DNA of 64,000 nt from Gammaproteobacteria bacterium (GCA_965202915.1 OZ241847.1:2194242-2258241), one strand, 5' to 3'. Counted from the stretch's first letter, positions 29,022 to 40,761 are shown. Notes: generated from the sequence alone by a model not told the origin. Numbers and translations are program-made.

Positions 29022-31367
29022 TCATCCACCGATTGCGTCGCGGCGGCCGGCGCGTTTGCCGATCAATAGCGACGCAATTGCCGGCAAAATCAAAATTGCA
29101 CCCGCCATGCTGACAAGTAACATGAAGCTAAGAAGAACGCCCATGTCGGCCTGGAATTTTAACGGAGAATACAACCAGGTTATCACCCCGGTGGCCAGCG
29201 TTACGCCGGTAAAGATGACACCGAAACCACTGGTTTGCAAAGCGATAAAATACGCCTGGCGTATGCTCGCGCCCCGCTTCAAGGAGTCGGATATTTGGCT
29301 GTATATGTAAATCCCGTAATCGACACCGATGCCTATGCCCAATGCAACCACCGGCAGGGTGTTCACCTTCAAACCGATTGCAAGATAACTCATCAGGGCA
29401 TAGCTAAGTAAAGACACAAGTACCAGGGGTAATACGATGCACAGCATCCCGCTGATGGATCGAAATTGTATTAAACAGAGCAATATGATTGCGGCAAAAA
29501 CATAAAGTAAAATTGGAAATTGTGCCGCCCTGACCTCCTGGTTAGTGGCCGCCATTACACCGACGTTGCCGGTCGCGAGTCTGAAATTGACCAAATCGGT
29601 TTGATTTTCGGTCTTAAATTGTTCCACGCCGTCTATTACCGCGTCAATCGTTTCGGCCTTGTGGTCCTGGGTGAATATATGCACCGGCATGGCACTGCAA
29701 TCAGTGTTCAACAATCCGGAAGAGGTCGGCACGTGGGAAACGGCACGGGTCAGGGACGACCGGTTCCTGGGCAATACTCGCCACTTCATATCGCCTTCAT
29801 TCCATCCGGCGTTTATTCTTTTGGCAATTAACGGCAGCCCGACCACGGATTGAACTCCGGGCGTGTTTTGCATGTGCCATGCAAACCGATCGATCAAATC
29901 CATGACGTGATAATCGATACAACCTTCACTCTTTGTTTCGGCGATTATCGAAATCACGTCGACACCGATTGAAAATCGTTTTGTGATCGCGTCGGTGTCG
30001 ACGTTATAGCGCGCCTCTTCATGCAATTCCGGAACGCCGCGATGCAAGTCGCCTATCTTCACATCCGTCCCCTTTACAAACCCGAAAATGCCCAGCAATA
30101 CCGAAACTGCAATAATCGATTGCGCGTAAGGATAAGCGGTCAGGCCGGACGTCTTCCACCATAAAGCTCGCAGAGCATCGGCCCGGCGTTGTAATTTTTC
30201 ACCATAAGACGCGTCAAACTTGATAAATGAAATCAGCACCGGCAGTAAAAATAGGTTGGTAAAAATGATCACGGCCACGCCTATGCTTGCGGTGATCGCC
30301 ATTTCCCGGATGATATCGATCTCGATGAACGAGATGCTTATAAAACCGATCGCGTCACTGATAAGCGCAATCGAGCCGGCAATGAATAATTTTCTAAAAC
30401 TTTTTTTGGCCGCGTTCAAACTATCGGCGCCCCGATAAATTTCAGCGCCCGCGGCGCCAATCATCTGCACGCCGTGGCTGACCCCGATGGCAAAGATTAA
30501 AAAGGGCAGAAGTATCGACATCGGGTCGATTCCAAATCCGAACAGGGACAGCACGCCCAGTTGCCAGATCACCGCAACCAGTGAACAGACCAATGGCACG
30601 ACCGCCATTTTGATCGATTGCGCATAATAAATGACCAGCAACGCGGTGATCAGAAACGCAATCGCAAAAAACGCAACCACCCGCTTGACGCCTTTGCTAA
30701 TTTCGTTAATTACCATCGCAAAGCCTGTGATATGGTAATCGATATTTGTTGCCGCATATTTTGTCCTGATATTTTCTTGCAATTGTTCGGCAACGCGGAC
30801 GTAATCAAGCCGTTCGCCGGTTCTTGGATCAATCTCCAGCAGTTGTGCGCTGATTAACGCCCCTGAAAAATCATTCGCCACCAGCCGACCCAACAGGCCC
30901 GCCTTGATGATGTTTTCCCGTACCCGCTTGAACCCTTCATCGGTCGCCGCAAAATTATCAGGAATAACGTTGCCGCCGGCAATGCCCTCCTCGACCACCT
31001 CGATAAAACGCACGTTAGGGGTAAAAAGTGATCTAATTTGGGCGCGATCGACACCGGCAATAAAAAATACTTCGTCGGTCACCTTATTCAAGGTATTAAA
31101 GAATTCGGGAGTAAATATATCCCCCTCTTTCGCCACCAGGGCAACCAGAATTCGGTTTGCCGCGCCAAACTCATTCTGATATTGGATGAAGGTTTGCATG
31201 TATTCATGTTTGAGCGGCAGTAATTTGTCAAAACCGGCGTCCATTTTAAGGTGGCTGGCCGACCAAAGCATGAATGCGCTTATGAGCAGGAATATGCCGA
31301 TCACCACCGCACGGTTGGCAAATAAAAACCATTCGAGGCAGGCAAGCGGGGCCGATTGCCGCATCAT
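29022..31367 (-). CDS. MMPL/RND-superfamily exporter.
   Basis: 781 aa with two blocks of about 6 TM segments separated by periplasmic loops. It is the last gene of a four-gene minus-strand operon. Confidence 0.7.
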   Translation of the reverse strand: MMRQSAPLACLEWFLFANRAVVIGIFLLISAFMLWSASHLKMDAGFDKLLPLKHEYMQTFIQYQNEFGAANRILVALVAKEGDIFTPEFFNTLNKVTDEVFFIAGVDRAQIRSLFTPNVRFIEVVEEGIAGGNVIPDNFAATDEGFKRVRENIIKAGLLGRLVANDFSGALISAQLLEIDPRTGERLDYVRVAEQLQENIRTKYAATNIDYHITGFAMVINEISKGVKRVVAFFAIAFLITALLVIYYAQSIKMAVVPLVCSLVAVIWQLGVLSLFGFGIDPMSILLPFLIFAIGVSHGVQMIGAAGAEIYRGADSLNAAKKSFRKLFIAGSIALISDAIGFISISFIEIDIIREMAITASIGVAVIIFTNLFLLPVLISFIKFDASYGEKLQRRADALRALWWKTSGLTAYPYAQSIIAVSVLLGIFGFVKGTDVKIGDLHRGVPELHEEARYNVDTDAITKRFSIGVDVISIIAETKSEGCIDYHVMDLIDRFAWHMQNTPGVQSVVGLPLIAKRINAGWNEGDMKWRVLPRNRSSLTRAVSHVPTSSGLLNTDCSAMPVHIFTQDHKAETIDAVIDGVEQFKTENQTDLVNFRLATGNVGVMAATNQEVRAAQFPILLYVFAAIILLCLIQFRSISGMLCIVLPLVLVSLLSYALMSYLAIGLKVNTLPVVALGIGIGVDYGIYIYSQISDSLKRGASIRQAYFIALQTSGFGVIFTGVTLATGVITWLYSPLKFQADMGVLLSFMLLVSMAGAILILPAIASLLIGKRAGRRDAIGG

Positions 31368-32431
31368 CGATTGTTTTGGAAAACGTCACGCCGCGTCAAG
31401 CGTTTAATGCCAAATTCACCGACCAACACCAGCCCGTCATCAGCGACCGTACTGATTGCCGCAATCCCCTGTCGTTGCTCCAGGGAGCGGGACTGGAACG
31501 TTGCCCCATTATCGCGACTGAGCAGATACCGGCCTCCGGTCGCGGAGATAACGATGCCGTCGGCCAATCCAAGCCCTGCAGTTAACCTTTCCGTGGTATT
31601 AATATCGATTTTATTCCAGTTAACGCCGGCATCGGTCGATCTGTACAGATGGCCGCGCAGACCGAACACCAAAAGAGTATCGGCTCGTGCCGGCAAGACG
31701 CCAAAAAAAGAGCCGTCATAGGGGGACGAGATCGCCGACCAGGTCGCACCCTGGTCGAAAGATTGAAAAATATTGCCCGCTTCCGCGGCAATATATAACA
31801 CTCCTTCGTCAGACCCGGCAATATCATGCAAATGAAAATCAAAGAAGTCTTCAGCGGCGCCATCGGTGCCGAGCAGGTCGGCAAAGGCCAATTGCCGCCA
31901 ACTGGAACCGCCGTCTTGCGTCAGCAGATATAAACCATATGCACCGATCGCAATGCCATGATTTGCATCGAAAAACCAAAGATCGAGTAATGGGGCGTCC
32001 AATTCAATGTTAGAGTGGACTTTGGTCCAATTTTTGGCGCCGTCCTCGGTTTTCAGAATAATTGCATCATGACCGGCGGCCCAGCCGATGCTATCATCCA
32101 GCATAAAAACACTGGTCAGCGTTGCTCTGCTTGCAACCCTGGCCTGATGCCAATTTACACCGTCGGCCGAATAAAGAATATGGCCTCGTTCTCCGACCAC
32201 CACGACCAACGACTTGGAGGATGCCGCCGACAGCAATAAGGATTGTTTTGCCAGCGGCGCAATAGTGGCGTATTCATCGTTTGCCAGGACAATCCCGGCT
32301 CCGAGGAATAAAAATAATAAGGGCATTGAAGAAACAAAACCGGAGGGCTTCGGCGCGTGATGAAACATTGAACCGCCATCATTAAAAAACCTGTTCATTG
32401 CCGCCACCGGAGCTGATTTTCCAGTCGGCAA
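31364..32431 (-). CDS. BNR/Asp-box beta-propeller protein, Ycf48-like.
   Basis: Repeated S-x-D-x-G-x-x-W Asp-boxes (for example TEDGAKNW and TQDGGSSW) and a signal peptide are present. Its start overlaps the stop of the upstream gene. Confidence 0.65.
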   Translation of the reverse strand: MPTGKSAPVAAMNRFFNDGGSMFHHAPKPSGFVSSMPLLFLFLGAGIVLANDEYATIAPLAKQSLLLSAASSKSLVVVVGERGHILYSADGVNWHQARVASRATLTSVFMLDDSIGWAAGHDAIILKTEDGAKNWTKVHSNIELDAPLLDLWFFDANHGIAIGAYGLYLLTQDGGSSWRQLAFADLLGTDGAAEDFFDFHLHDIAGSDEGVLYIAAEAGNIFQSFDQGATWSAISSPYDGSFFGVLPARADTLLVFGLRGHLYRSTDAGVNWNKIDINTTERLTAGLGLADGIVISATGGRYLLSRDNGATFQSRSLEQRQGIAAISTVADDGLVLVGEFGIKRLTRRDVFQNNR

Positions 32432-32439
32432 GCGGTCAT

Positions 32440-33792
32440 TTATCGGCGTCCCCGCCTGCGCAACGCGCCCGGCGTAAATTCCCAGTTGGAAAAATTCACA
32501 TTGAAGTTAAGCGGCATACTCTCATTATTCAGTCCTATGGCCAGATATCGGCCAACCTGCAGATCGGTATGCACTTCCAGCGTGGTCCATACACTTTGGA
32601 CGTCATAATAATTCATCGCAAAGCCCTCGGAGACCCGCCACAGCTGATCACGATTGTCATAATGATCGACTATCAGGATCTGCCATGAATCTTCATCGAC
32701 ATAAAATACTCTGCGTTTATAGATATGGCGCACACCCGGTTTCAACGTCGCCCGCACCACCCACACTCGGTGCAATTCATAGCGAGGATAACTCTGATTA
32801 ATATGCAACGGGGTCAAAATATCACCGTATTTAAGTGATGGGGAATGCAATTTGTAGCTGTTGTACGGCACGTAGATTTCCTTTTTACCCTCCAGGCTCC
32901 AGTCGTAACGTTCGGGACTGCCGTTGAACATGTCCAGTTGGTCATTGGTGCGCATACCATCCGATGCCGTACCCGGATTATCAAACGCCAGGTTGGGTGC
33001 GCGTCTCACCCGCCGTTGACCGGGATTATAAAACCATGCTTTGCGATTTTCCGCCTTTTGATTCATGGTTTCATGAACCAATAATATACCACCCGCCAAA
33101 CGAGCCGGGGCTTTCACTTCCTGTTTGAAATATAAAATAATGTTATTCAGTTTATCCGGCGTCATATCCTCATGGCTGTATAACATGGCAAAATGATCAT
33201 GGAACTGAACCAGGGTATAATCACCTCCCCTTGTTGGTGTCGCCTGGGCAATATTTCGTTCGACATACTCTCCGCGCCAACGCAATATATGATTCCAGAT
33301 CACTTCCAGCCCGTTCGCGGGGATTGGAAATGGAATGCCCAGCACCGCGTTTTGTACGCCGTTACCATCCGCGGTCAGCCTCGCCGACGCGGCGATCCGT
33401 TTAGTCGCGTCGTAGATGTGCCTGGGTGCCGAGGCGCTGCGCCGAGTCGGGTATATATTCATCTTATAAGTGTCAGGATAGGTGCCAAGCAATGCCTTAT
33501 GCCCCGCACTTAATTTATCCGCGTGGTCATCGGCGTTATTTGCGGTTATGGTAAATTTCACGGCATCGCCGGCATACGGGTCCGTATAATGTTGGCCGGG
33601 TATATAAGCGGACGGTGGCGTAGTAATACCGCCCTCCCAGGCGGGAATGGTGGCATTCGCATTGGCCGCTTTATCGCCACCCAAAGGCGTGAGGTCATTG
33701 TCCAAACGTGCAATTTGATCCGCGGAGATTTCTGCGGATGCAGGCAATGATATTAACGGCAGAATCAGGAGGAAACTGTTTATCAATCTCAT
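32440..33792 (-). CDS. DUF1329-family secreted protein.
   Basis: 450 aa with a signal peptide. Its position between DUF1302 and Ycf48-like/MMPL genes matches a conserved gammaproteobacterial arrangement. The call rests on recall of that family context. Confidence 0.5.
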   Translation of the reverse strand: MRLINSFLLILPLISLPASAEISADQIARLDNDLTPLGGDKAANANATIPAWEGGITTPPSAYIPGQHYTDPYAGDAVKFTITANNADDHADKLSAGHKALLGTYPDTYKMNIYPTRRSASAPRHIYDATKRIAASARLTADGNGVQNAVLGIPFPIPANGLEVIWNHILRWRGEYVERNIAQATPTRGGDYTLVQFHDHFAMLYSHEDMTPDKLNNIILYFKQEVKAPARLAGGILLVHETMNQKAENRKAWFYNPGQRRVRRAPNLAFDNPGTASDGMRTNDQLDMFNGSPERYDWSLEGKKEIYVPYNSYKLHSPSLKYGDILTPLHINQSYPRYELHRVWVVRATLKPGVRHIYKRRVFYVDEDSWQILIVDHYDNRDQLWRVSEGFAMNYYDVQSVWTTLEVHTDLQVGRYLAIGLNNESMPLNFNVNFSNWEFTPGALRRRGRR

Positions 33793-33811
33793 AATTTATT
33801 CTCCGCCGGAG

Positions 33812-35518
33812 TTAGAAGGAATATTTAACGTTAAAGGCAAAGAAATCACGGTCATGTATCAAATTTTGCCGGCCTGCGCCAAAGAAATTGGTATAGCTCA
33901 TATCGACCTCCCATTGATTCTGATAGATCGCGCGCAAACCCAAATTAAAGGATTTTCTGCCTTCAATAAAATTACCGCCTGGTCCGGGGCTGATTCCATG
34001 TATATCATGTTGCCAGCCAAAACGCGGTTGCAAATTGACCGCATTAAAAAGCGCATTATTATAATCAAGCCTGCCAACCAATCGATATCCGTACGCGGTT
34101 GCATCAGGAAAATTGGTCAATGGCTCAGACGCCGGCTGACCGAGCAAAACCACGGACGCGGTGGCGGGCACAAATGTATGAGGGGCTTCCAACCGGAATG
34201 TACGTTTAGCCGGTAGATTGTGGACATGGGTGATTGCAAATTCACCTAATAAAAAAGCGGAACTTGCCTTTAACGTCGGCCCGAATATTTTCGAAACAGT
34301 GAACTGAAATTGGCTGCTGTCTCGCAATATAAAACCGTCGAGGCGATTGCCCGCCGAAAATGAGCCCGCCGGTGTGATTTGGTTCGGAACACCCAGACCG
34401 GCGGCCAGCAATTCCTCAAGGTCAATTTGAAACGGCGCATCACGCCTGTAAGAATATTCACCCTGTATCGCTATGCCCGACTGACCAAGTTCATTATTAA
34501 AGCTGAAACCGAGCAGTTGTATATCCTCAGGATAACTAATGAAATACCGGGCATCAGTCAACCCACCCCGGCTGTTGCCGGAAATTGCATTTACGATCGG
34601 TAATTTGCTGTGATAATTAATGTAATAGAAGCCAAATTCGGTGGCATTAAGAATCGGGGTAAAGACTCTGATCGCCATACCATATTCTCCACCGTTGGCC
34701 GGTTCCCGGTCCGGGCCCCTGGCAAGATGGGATGCATCCATAAAGCTCCGATCGGTCCCCCTGCCAAAACCGGCGGCCACCGCAAAAACACCGCCCTTGC
34801 CAACAAAATCATTGGTGCTGAAATACGAACCCGGCGGATCAATAACGGTCTGTTCCCAATCATATTGATAAAAGGCCTCGACCGAAATATTTTCCGTTAT
34901 GGCCACATCACCCCAGATCATGCCGACCGGAATCAATGCCTCACGCACCTCCGCACCGGGCGTTCTCAATCTCGAGACGTCAACCGGATTGATGGTATTG
35001 ATACCGTTCTGAATGAAGGTGCTTTCTCCCCAACTCAACACCTGTTCACCGACCTTGATCGTACCCGGCACCTTGCCTATGGAAAAATCCAGCCACGCAA
35101 ACAAATCCCGTAAGACCAGGTTCGATTCTACAAGGCGTTTGGCGTCATTGCTCAGCGGGGTGCGATCAGTCTTATCAATCGAATGGTCGCCAAAACCACT
35201 GCCGCGAAAAAAGATCCCGGCATGGTTTTTATAAACAAGATCGAGCTCGGTGGTGAATTGTCCGGTTGCGGCGACTAATCCGGGGTCATAGTTCAAATTA
35301 CCATCATCGCCGTTGATGGAAAAGGCCGAACCGCCGTTGGCAACGCCCACCAGTTGTTTCGACCTGGATTGTACTCGGTATAGATGGCCGTAGGTTAAGA
35401 TGGTATCCCAACTACCACTAAACTCGTTAAATCTAAATGCAACGGCATTAACGGAAGCCGAATACTGCAACAAGATCAATACGGCAAACAGTCGCTTAAC
35501 CGGGCACAAATCAATCAT
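33812..35518 (-). CDS. DUF1302-family outer-membrane beta-barrel-like protein.
   Basis: The start was taken at MIDLCPVKRLFAVLILLQYSASVNA, which reads as a signal peptide. The C-terminus is ...VKYSF, an aromatic end typical of OMPs. The context is as for the DUF1329 gene. Confidence 0.5.
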   Translation of the reverse strand: MIDLCPVKRLFAVLILLQYSASVNAVAFRFNEFSGSWDTILTYGHLYRVQSRSKQLVGVANGGSAFSINGDDGNLNYDPGLVAATGQFTTELDLVYKNHAGIFFRGSGFGDHSIDKTDRTPLSNDAKRLVESNLVLRDLFAWLDFSIGKVPGTIKVGEQVLSWGESTFIQNGINTINPVDVSRLRTPGAEVREALIPVGMIWGDVAITENISVEAFYQYDWEQTVIDPPGSYFSTNDFVGKGGVFAVAAGFGRGTDRSFMDASHLARGPDREPANGGEYGMAIRVFTPILNATEFGFYYINYHSKLPIVNAISGNSRGGLTDARYFISYPEDIQLLGFSFNNELGQSGIAIQGEYSYRRDAPFQIDLEELLAAGLGVPNQITPAGSFSAGNRLDGFILRDSSQFQFTVSKIFGPTLKASSAFLLGEFAITHVHNLPAKRTFRLEAPHTFVPATASVVLLGQPASEPLTNFPDATAYGYRLVGRLDYNNALFNAVNLQPRFGWQHDIHGISPGPGGNFIEGRKSFNLGLRAIYQNQWEVDMSYTNFFGAGRQNLIHDRDFFAFNVKYSF

Positions 35519-35834
35519 TCCCTGGCCATACACTGATATCCCTCCAAAAATAACGCGTTTGCATGCACAAAAACCGATGTGATTTTTATCCTCAACGCAA
35601 TCCAAGCATACCCGGAAGCGGCGGCTGATTGCAAGGATGACGCGACTTATTAGCGTGCAGGCACAATCGCGGTGGCACATGGATTGCCCCGTATGGTTGT
35701 AGGCGGAGCTGACAGAAGCCGGCGGGACTAAGCCGATCAGCTCAGCGCACCGATTGCCACCGACAAATTGCCCAAAATTGGTATGGCAATTATTTATTAA
35801 AGCAGTTATAATAGTCTGGCATGATGTATTTTGG

Positions 35835-35865
35835 GAGTGGGCCTTAGCGCCCACTTTTTGGTTTT
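35835..35865 (+). terminator. GC stem-loop followed by a U-tract immediately upstream of the rimP start. It could be an attenuator or an intrinsic terminator.
   Basis: AGTGGGC-cttagc-GCCCACT is followed by TTTTTGGTTTT and ends 3 nt before the rimP ATG. A TATAAT element lies ~50 nt further upstream. Confidence 0.45.
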
Positions 35866-35867
35866 AT

Positions 35868-36323
35868 ATGTACAGGCAAAATCAGGCACTCATTAATCTG
35901 TTGGAGCCGGTGGTGAACGCACTCGGCTATAGGCTGTTAGGTATAGAATACCTGCCCGGAAGCAGGGGCGTACTATTGCGGTTTTATATAGATAACGATG
36001 CGGGCATCACCCTTAATGATTGTGCCAGGGTCAGCCAGCAGGTAACCGGCGTATTGGACGTCGAGAACCCGGTCCGGGACATATATGAGCTCGAGGTATC
36101 ATCACCGGGCCTGGATCGACCTTTGTTTACACTGGAGCAGATTAAGCAGTATGCGGGTCACATGGTAAGTCTAAAATTGTATGAAAAACTGCAGGGTCGC
36201 ATGCGTTTTCGAGGCAAGGTGAAAACGGTGCATAACGGTGCCGTTGTTATTTTGGCGGAAGATACTGAATATTTAATACCGGCTGGTATGATTAAAAAAG
36301 CCAGACTGGTACCTCGGATATAG
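35868..36323 (+). CDS. rimP: Ribosome maturation factor RimP.
   Basis: It aligns with E. coli RimP, including ...VSSPGLDRPLF... Confidence 0.85.
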   Translation: MYRQNQALINLLEPVVNALGYRLLGIEYLPGSRGVLLRFYIDNDAGITLNDCARVSQQVTGVLDVENPVRDIYELEVSSPGLDRPLFTLEQIKQYAGHMVSLKLYEKLQGRMRFRGKVKTVHNGAVVILAEDTEYLIPAGMIKKARLVPRI

Positions 36324-36346
36324 TGATAGAACGGATGTTGAACGGT

Positions 36347-37855
36347 ATGAATAAAGAAATATTAATGGTAGTCGACGTCGTCTCCAACGAAAAAGGCGTC
36401 GCCAAAGAGATCATCTTTAACGCGCTGGAGGCGGCACTTGCAAGCGCAACCAAGAAACGCAGTCGCGAGGACATCGAGGCACGAGTATCGATTGATCGTG
36501 AAACGGGCGATTATAAAACCTTTCGCCGCTGGCAAGTGCTGGATGATGATCCGGAATTATTTGAAACGCCCAGCAGGCAAATATCATTGAGTGACGCGCG
36601 TAAAAATAATCCTGATATTAATGTGGGTGATTTTATCGAAGAACCGATGAAATCGCTGGAATATGGACGAATTGCGGCACAGGCGGCAAAACAGGTTATC
36701 GTCCAAAAAGTTCGTGAAGCAGAGCGCGACCAGGTTATCAAAAATTATCAGGACCGCATTGGTGAAATGCTGGGGGGAACTTTCAAACGCATGGACCGTA
36801 ATGGTGTAATTATCGATCTGGGCAATAATGCCGAGGGCTTGATCCCTCATTATGAATTGATTCCGCGTGAATCATTCAGACTCGGCGATCGTGTACGCGC
36901 TTATTTAACGGAGGTGAGACCGGAAGTACGCGGCCCCCAGTTATTCTTAAGCCGCACATCTCCAAAGCTGTTGATTGAACTCTTTAAAATCGAGGTTCCG
37001 GAAATTAATGAAGGCCTTATCGATATTATTAATGGTGCTCGCGACCCGGGGGTGCGGGCAAAGATTGCGGTAAAGGCAAATGATCCCCGCATTGACGCTG
37101 TTGGTGCTTGTGTCGGTATGCGCGGCTCCAGGGTGCAGGCGGTATCAAACGCGCTGGCCGGTGAACGTGTTGATATTATTTTATGGGATACAAATCCGGC
37201 TCAATTCGTTATTAATGCAATGGCACCGGCTGAAGTCGTTTCAATTATGGTGGATGAGGATGCAAAGTCCATGGATATTGCCGTTGCCGAAGAGCATTTA
37301 TCGCAGGCGATTGGCCGTGGAGGACAAAACGTTAAATTAGCCAGTGAACTGACTGACTGGGCACTAAACATCATGTCCATTGAACAGGCGGAAGAAAAAA
37401 ATGAATCTGAGGCGGAATCGTTGCGGGCGATATTCATGGAACAGCTGGACGTGGATGAGGAAGTGGCGATTATTCTGGTGCAGGAGGGTTTTTCCAGCAT
37501 TGAAGAAGTGGCCTATGTTCCGGAAAACGAGATGCTGGACATTGACGAATTTGATAATGAACTGGTGCAGGAATTAAGGGCGCGCGCGCGTAACGCCATA
37601 TTGACGCATGCCATCGCAAACGAAGAAAAACTGGGTGACGCCAAACCGGACAATGATTTATTGACTATGGAGGGCATGGATGAACAGTTGGCTTACGAAC
37701 TGGCCGGTCGAGGCGTGGTGACCGTGGAAAATTTGGCCGAACAATCGGTTGATGAACTGTTGGATATTCAAGGATTGGATAAAGATCGTGCCGGAGAGTT
37801 GATAATGACCGCCAGACAGCCTTGGTTCGAAGCCGAAAAAATGAGTAAGGTGTGA
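36347..37855 (+). CDS. nusA: Transcription termination/antitermination factor NusA.
   Basis: The start [18 protein letters not shown] matches E. coli NusA. An S1 domain, two KH domains and C-terminal acidic repeats are present. Confidence 0.95.
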   Translation: MNKEILMVVDVVSNEKGVAKEIIFNALEAALASATKKRSREDIEARVSIDRETGDYKTFRRWQVLDDDPELFETPSRQISLSDARKNNPDINVGDFIEEPMKSLEYGRIAAQAAKQVIVQKVREAERDQVIKNYQDRIGEMLGGTFKRMDRNGVIIDLGNNAEGLIPHYELIPRESFRLGDRVRAYLTEVRPEVRGPQLFLSRTSPKLLIELFKIEVPEINEGLIDIINGARDPGVRAKIAVKANDPRIDAVGACVGMRGSRVQAVSNALAGERVDIILWDTNPAQFVINAMAPAEVVSIMVDEDAKSMDIAVAEEHLSQAIGRGGQNVKLASELTDWALNIMSIEQAEEKNESEAESLRAIFMEQLDVDEEVAIILVQEGFSSIEEVAYVPENEMLDIDEFDNELVQELRARARNAILTHAIANEEKLGDAKPDNDLLTMEGMDEQLAYELAGRGVVTVENLAEQSVDELLDIQGLDKDRAGELIMTARQPWFEAEKMSKV

Positions 37856-37862
37856 GCAAGAG

Positions 37863-40361
37863 ATGGCAAAGATAACAATAGCTGAATTTGCTAAAAATAT
37901 AGGAGTCCCGACTGATCGTCTGACGCAGCAATTGATGGAAGCGGGCATGGGTGAAAAATCCGCCAATGGCATGATCACCGATGAGGAAAAATCTGATCTG
38001 CTTAATTTTCTGCGCCGCAGACATAGTAAAAAAGACGGCTTTGAACCTGAGAAAATTATCCTGAAAAGAAAAACAATCAGTGAAATCAAAATGCCGCCCA
38101 CCACCCAGAGCAGAATAAAGTCGCGGACAAAAACAGTGAACGTTGAATTTAGAAAACGCCGCACCTACGTTAAACGGAGCGTGGTAGCCAAAGACATGCT
38201 GAAGCAGAGGGAAGATGAAGTTGCCGCGCAACAGGCCAAACAACAGGAGGCAGAAGAGCAGAAATTAAAAATTCAGGCCGAAAAAGTCGCTCAACAAGCC
38301 GAGGAAGCGACGCCCCAGGCCGACGCGCTAAACAATGAAAAGGCGACGCTGATCAGTGAACCCCCGATAACCGCCGAAGAAAATGAAGTGAACGCGGCGT
38401 CTATGGACGCCGTGCCGCAGGCCACACCGGCGGCTGACGAGCCGGAAACGCCAAAGAAACAAGCGGAGCAAAAGGATCATAATAGTCGTAAAGAATTGCA
38501 TATTGCGAGTGAAAAATCCGGCCGGCGCAGGAAAAGAACCATCCGTCCGAAATCGGTGGTTGCCCAGGCATCACGCAAGCATGGATTTGAAAAACCAACC
38601 GCACCGATCGTTCATGCAGTGGAAATTCCCGAAAGCATTACCGTGGCGGATCTGGCCCAACGCATGTCCATTAAGGCTTCCGAAGTGCTCAAGACCATGA
38701 TGGGGCTGGGCAGTATCGCCACTATCAATCAGACTATCGATCAGGACGTGGCCGCAATTGTGGTGGAAGAGATGGGGCACAAACCGCAAATGCTAAAGGA
38801 GAACGCGCTGGAGGAAAAAATCATTCAGTCATCAAAGCAAGCGGGGGCGCAAATCAGCCGCACGCCGATCGTAACCATTATGGGACACGTTGACCACGGT
38901 AAAACGTCTTTGCTGGATTATATTCGCCGTTCCAAGGTGGCCGCCGGGGAACCCGGTGGCATCACGCAACATATTGGCGCATATCGGGTCTCCACCGATA
39001 ACGGCGATATTACCTTCCTCGACACACCGGGGCATGAGGCATTTACTGCAATGCGCGCTCGCGGGGCAAAAGTGACTGACGTGGTCGTGGTGGTTATCGC
39101 GGCCGATGATGGGGTCATGCCGCAAACCGATGAGGCGATCAAACATGCCAGGGCGGGTTCGGTGCCCATCATAGTTGCGATCAATAAAATTGACAAAGAT
39201 GACGCGGATACCGAGCGCGTCAAGCGGGAATTATCCAAGCATGGGCTGATTTCCGAAGACCTGGGCGGCGATACCATGGTGATTCACGTGTCTGCAAAAA
39301 CCGGGCAGGGCATTGATGAACTGCTGGACGGTATTCTCCTGCAAACGGAAATACTTGAGCTTAAGGCCATCAAATCCGGGCCTGCATCAGGCACTGTGAT
39401 CGAATCGAGACTGGACAAGGGACGTGGTCCGGTGGCCTCGATCCTGGTGCAGAATGGCAAATTAAACAAGGGCGACGTTATATTAAGCGGGCATGAGTTT
39501 GGGCGGGTTCGATCCATGATTGATCATAGTGGCAGGGAAGTAAGCGAAGTCGGACCTTCAACGCCGGTGGAGGTGTTCGGCTTGTCCGGCACGCCCAGGG
39601 CCGGCGATGAAATGATCGTCGTGCCGGATGAAAAGAAAGCGCGTGAGATTGCATTATTCAGGCAGGGGAAATACCGCGAAACCAAAATGGTACGGCAACA
39701 GACTGCCAAGCTCGAAGACGTGCTGTCACAAATGGGCGATGGCCTGGCAACCGGGTTGAATTTGATAATCAAAACCGACGTGCAGGGTTCGGCTGAAGCA
39801 ATGGTGGATATGCTGACGCGCTTGAGCAATGATGAAGTCCAGGTCAATATCGTCAGCAGTGGAGTGGGCGGGATCACAGAATCGGATATCAATTTGGCGA
39901 TGACCTCCAAAGGGAGGGTGATCGGTTTTAACGTCCGTGCCGACGCCGCGGCAAAAAAGCTGGCTGATGCGGAAGGTATAGATCTGCGCTATTACAGCGT
40001 CATCTATGACGTGGTTGATGACGTGAAAGCAATAATCACCGGATTGCTTACGCCTGAAGTGCATGAACAGATCATCGGTATTGCAGAGGTGCGTGATGTA
40101 TTCCATTCTCCCAAATTTGGGAATATTGCCGGATGTATGGTTGCAAGCGGAGCCATAAAGCGCAATAGCCCAATTCGGGTGTTGCGCGACAATATCGTCA
40201 TCTACCAGGGCGAATTGGAATCATTGAGACGATTCAAAAATGACGTCAGCGAGGTTAAATCCGGGATGGAATGCGGGATAGGCGTTAAAAATTACACCGA
40301 CGTCAGAGTCGGGGATCAGATAGAAATATTTGAATGTGTCGAAGTGGAGCGTAATACATAG
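37863..40361 (+). CDS. infB: Translation initiation factor IF-2.
   Basis: 832 aa. The G-domain motifs [20 protein letters not shown] and NKID are present. Confidence 0.95.
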   Translation: MAKITIAEFAKNIGVPTDRLTQQLMEAGMGEKSANGMITDEEKSDLLNFLRRRHSKKDGFEPEKIILKRKTISEIKMPPTTQSRIKSRTKTVNVEFRKRRTYVKRSVVAKDMLKQREDEVAAQQAKQQEAEEQKLKIQAEKVAQQAEEATPQADALNNEKATLISEPPITAEENEVNAASMDAVPQATPAADEPETPKKQAEQKDHNSRKELHIASEKSGRRRKRTIRPKSVVAQASRKHGFEKPTAPIVHAVEIPESITVADLAQRMSIKASEVLKTMMGLGSIATINQTIDQDVAAIVVEEMGHKPQMLKENALEEKIIQSSKQAGAQISRTPIVTIMGHVDHGKTSLLDYIRRSKVAAGEPGGITQHIGAYRVSTDNGDITFLDTPGHEAFTAMRARGAKVTDVVVVVIAADDGVMPQTDEAIKHARAGSVPIIVAINKIDKDDADTERVKRELSKHGLISEDLGGDTMVIHVSAKTGQGIDELLDGILLQTEILELKAIKSGPASGTVIESRLDKGRGPVASILVQNGKLNKGDVILSGHEFGRVRSMIDHSGREVSEVGPSTPVEVFGLSGTPRAGDEMIVVPDEKKAREIALFRQGKYRETKMVRQQTAKLEDVLSQMGDGLATGLNLIIKTDVQGSAEAMVDMLTRLSNDEVQVNIVSSGVGGITESDINLAMTSKGRVIGFNVRADAAAKKLADAEGIDLRYYSVIYDVVDDVKAIITGLLTPEVHEQIIGIAEVRDVFHSPKFGNIAGCMVASGAIKRNSPIRVLRDNIVIYQGELESLRRFKNDVSEVKSGMECGIGVKNYTDVRVGDQIEIFECVEVERNT

Positions 40362-40401
40362 ACCGCAGTCAGGTGACGCTGCTTTATCATAAGTCGATAT
40401 C

Positions 40402-40761
40402 ATGCCAAAAGAATTTGGACGCAATCGCCGTATTGCCGAGTTGATCAAGCACGAGCTGGCGGGGGCCTTGCAACAGCGGTTCCCGACCAGTCAATATGGC
40501 CTTATCACCCTGTCGGCGGTGGACGTCAGCCCTGACCTGGAAAATGCCAGGGTTTATGTAACCTGCCTCAGAGAGGATAGCGATATCCCGGTTTTTATCA
40601 AAGCACTGAATGCGCAGACGTATTTTTTTAGAACCCGGATCGCCAGGGTAATGCACTCCAGAAAAGTGCCGGTAATACAATTCCAATATGACGAATCGAT
40701 ACGGCGGAGTGAACGTCTGACTGCGCTGCTTGATTCACTGGCACCGCCAAAGACCGATTGA
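40402..40761 (+). CDS. rbfA: Ribosome-binding factor A.
   Basis: 119 aa, in the conserved position after infB. Confidence 0.9.
   Translation: MPKEFGRNRRIAELIKHELAGALQQRFPTSQYGLITLSAVDVSPDLENARVYVTCLREDSDIPVFIKALNAQTYFFRTRIARVMHSRKVPVIQFQYDESIRRSERLTALLDSLAPPKTD

Noticed and set aside
37658-38243. Minus-strand ORFs of 168 and 192 aa overlapping the nusA/infB junction.
   Set aside because: They lie antisense to highly conserved nusA and infB coding sequence and have low-complexity translations. I treat them as artefacts.
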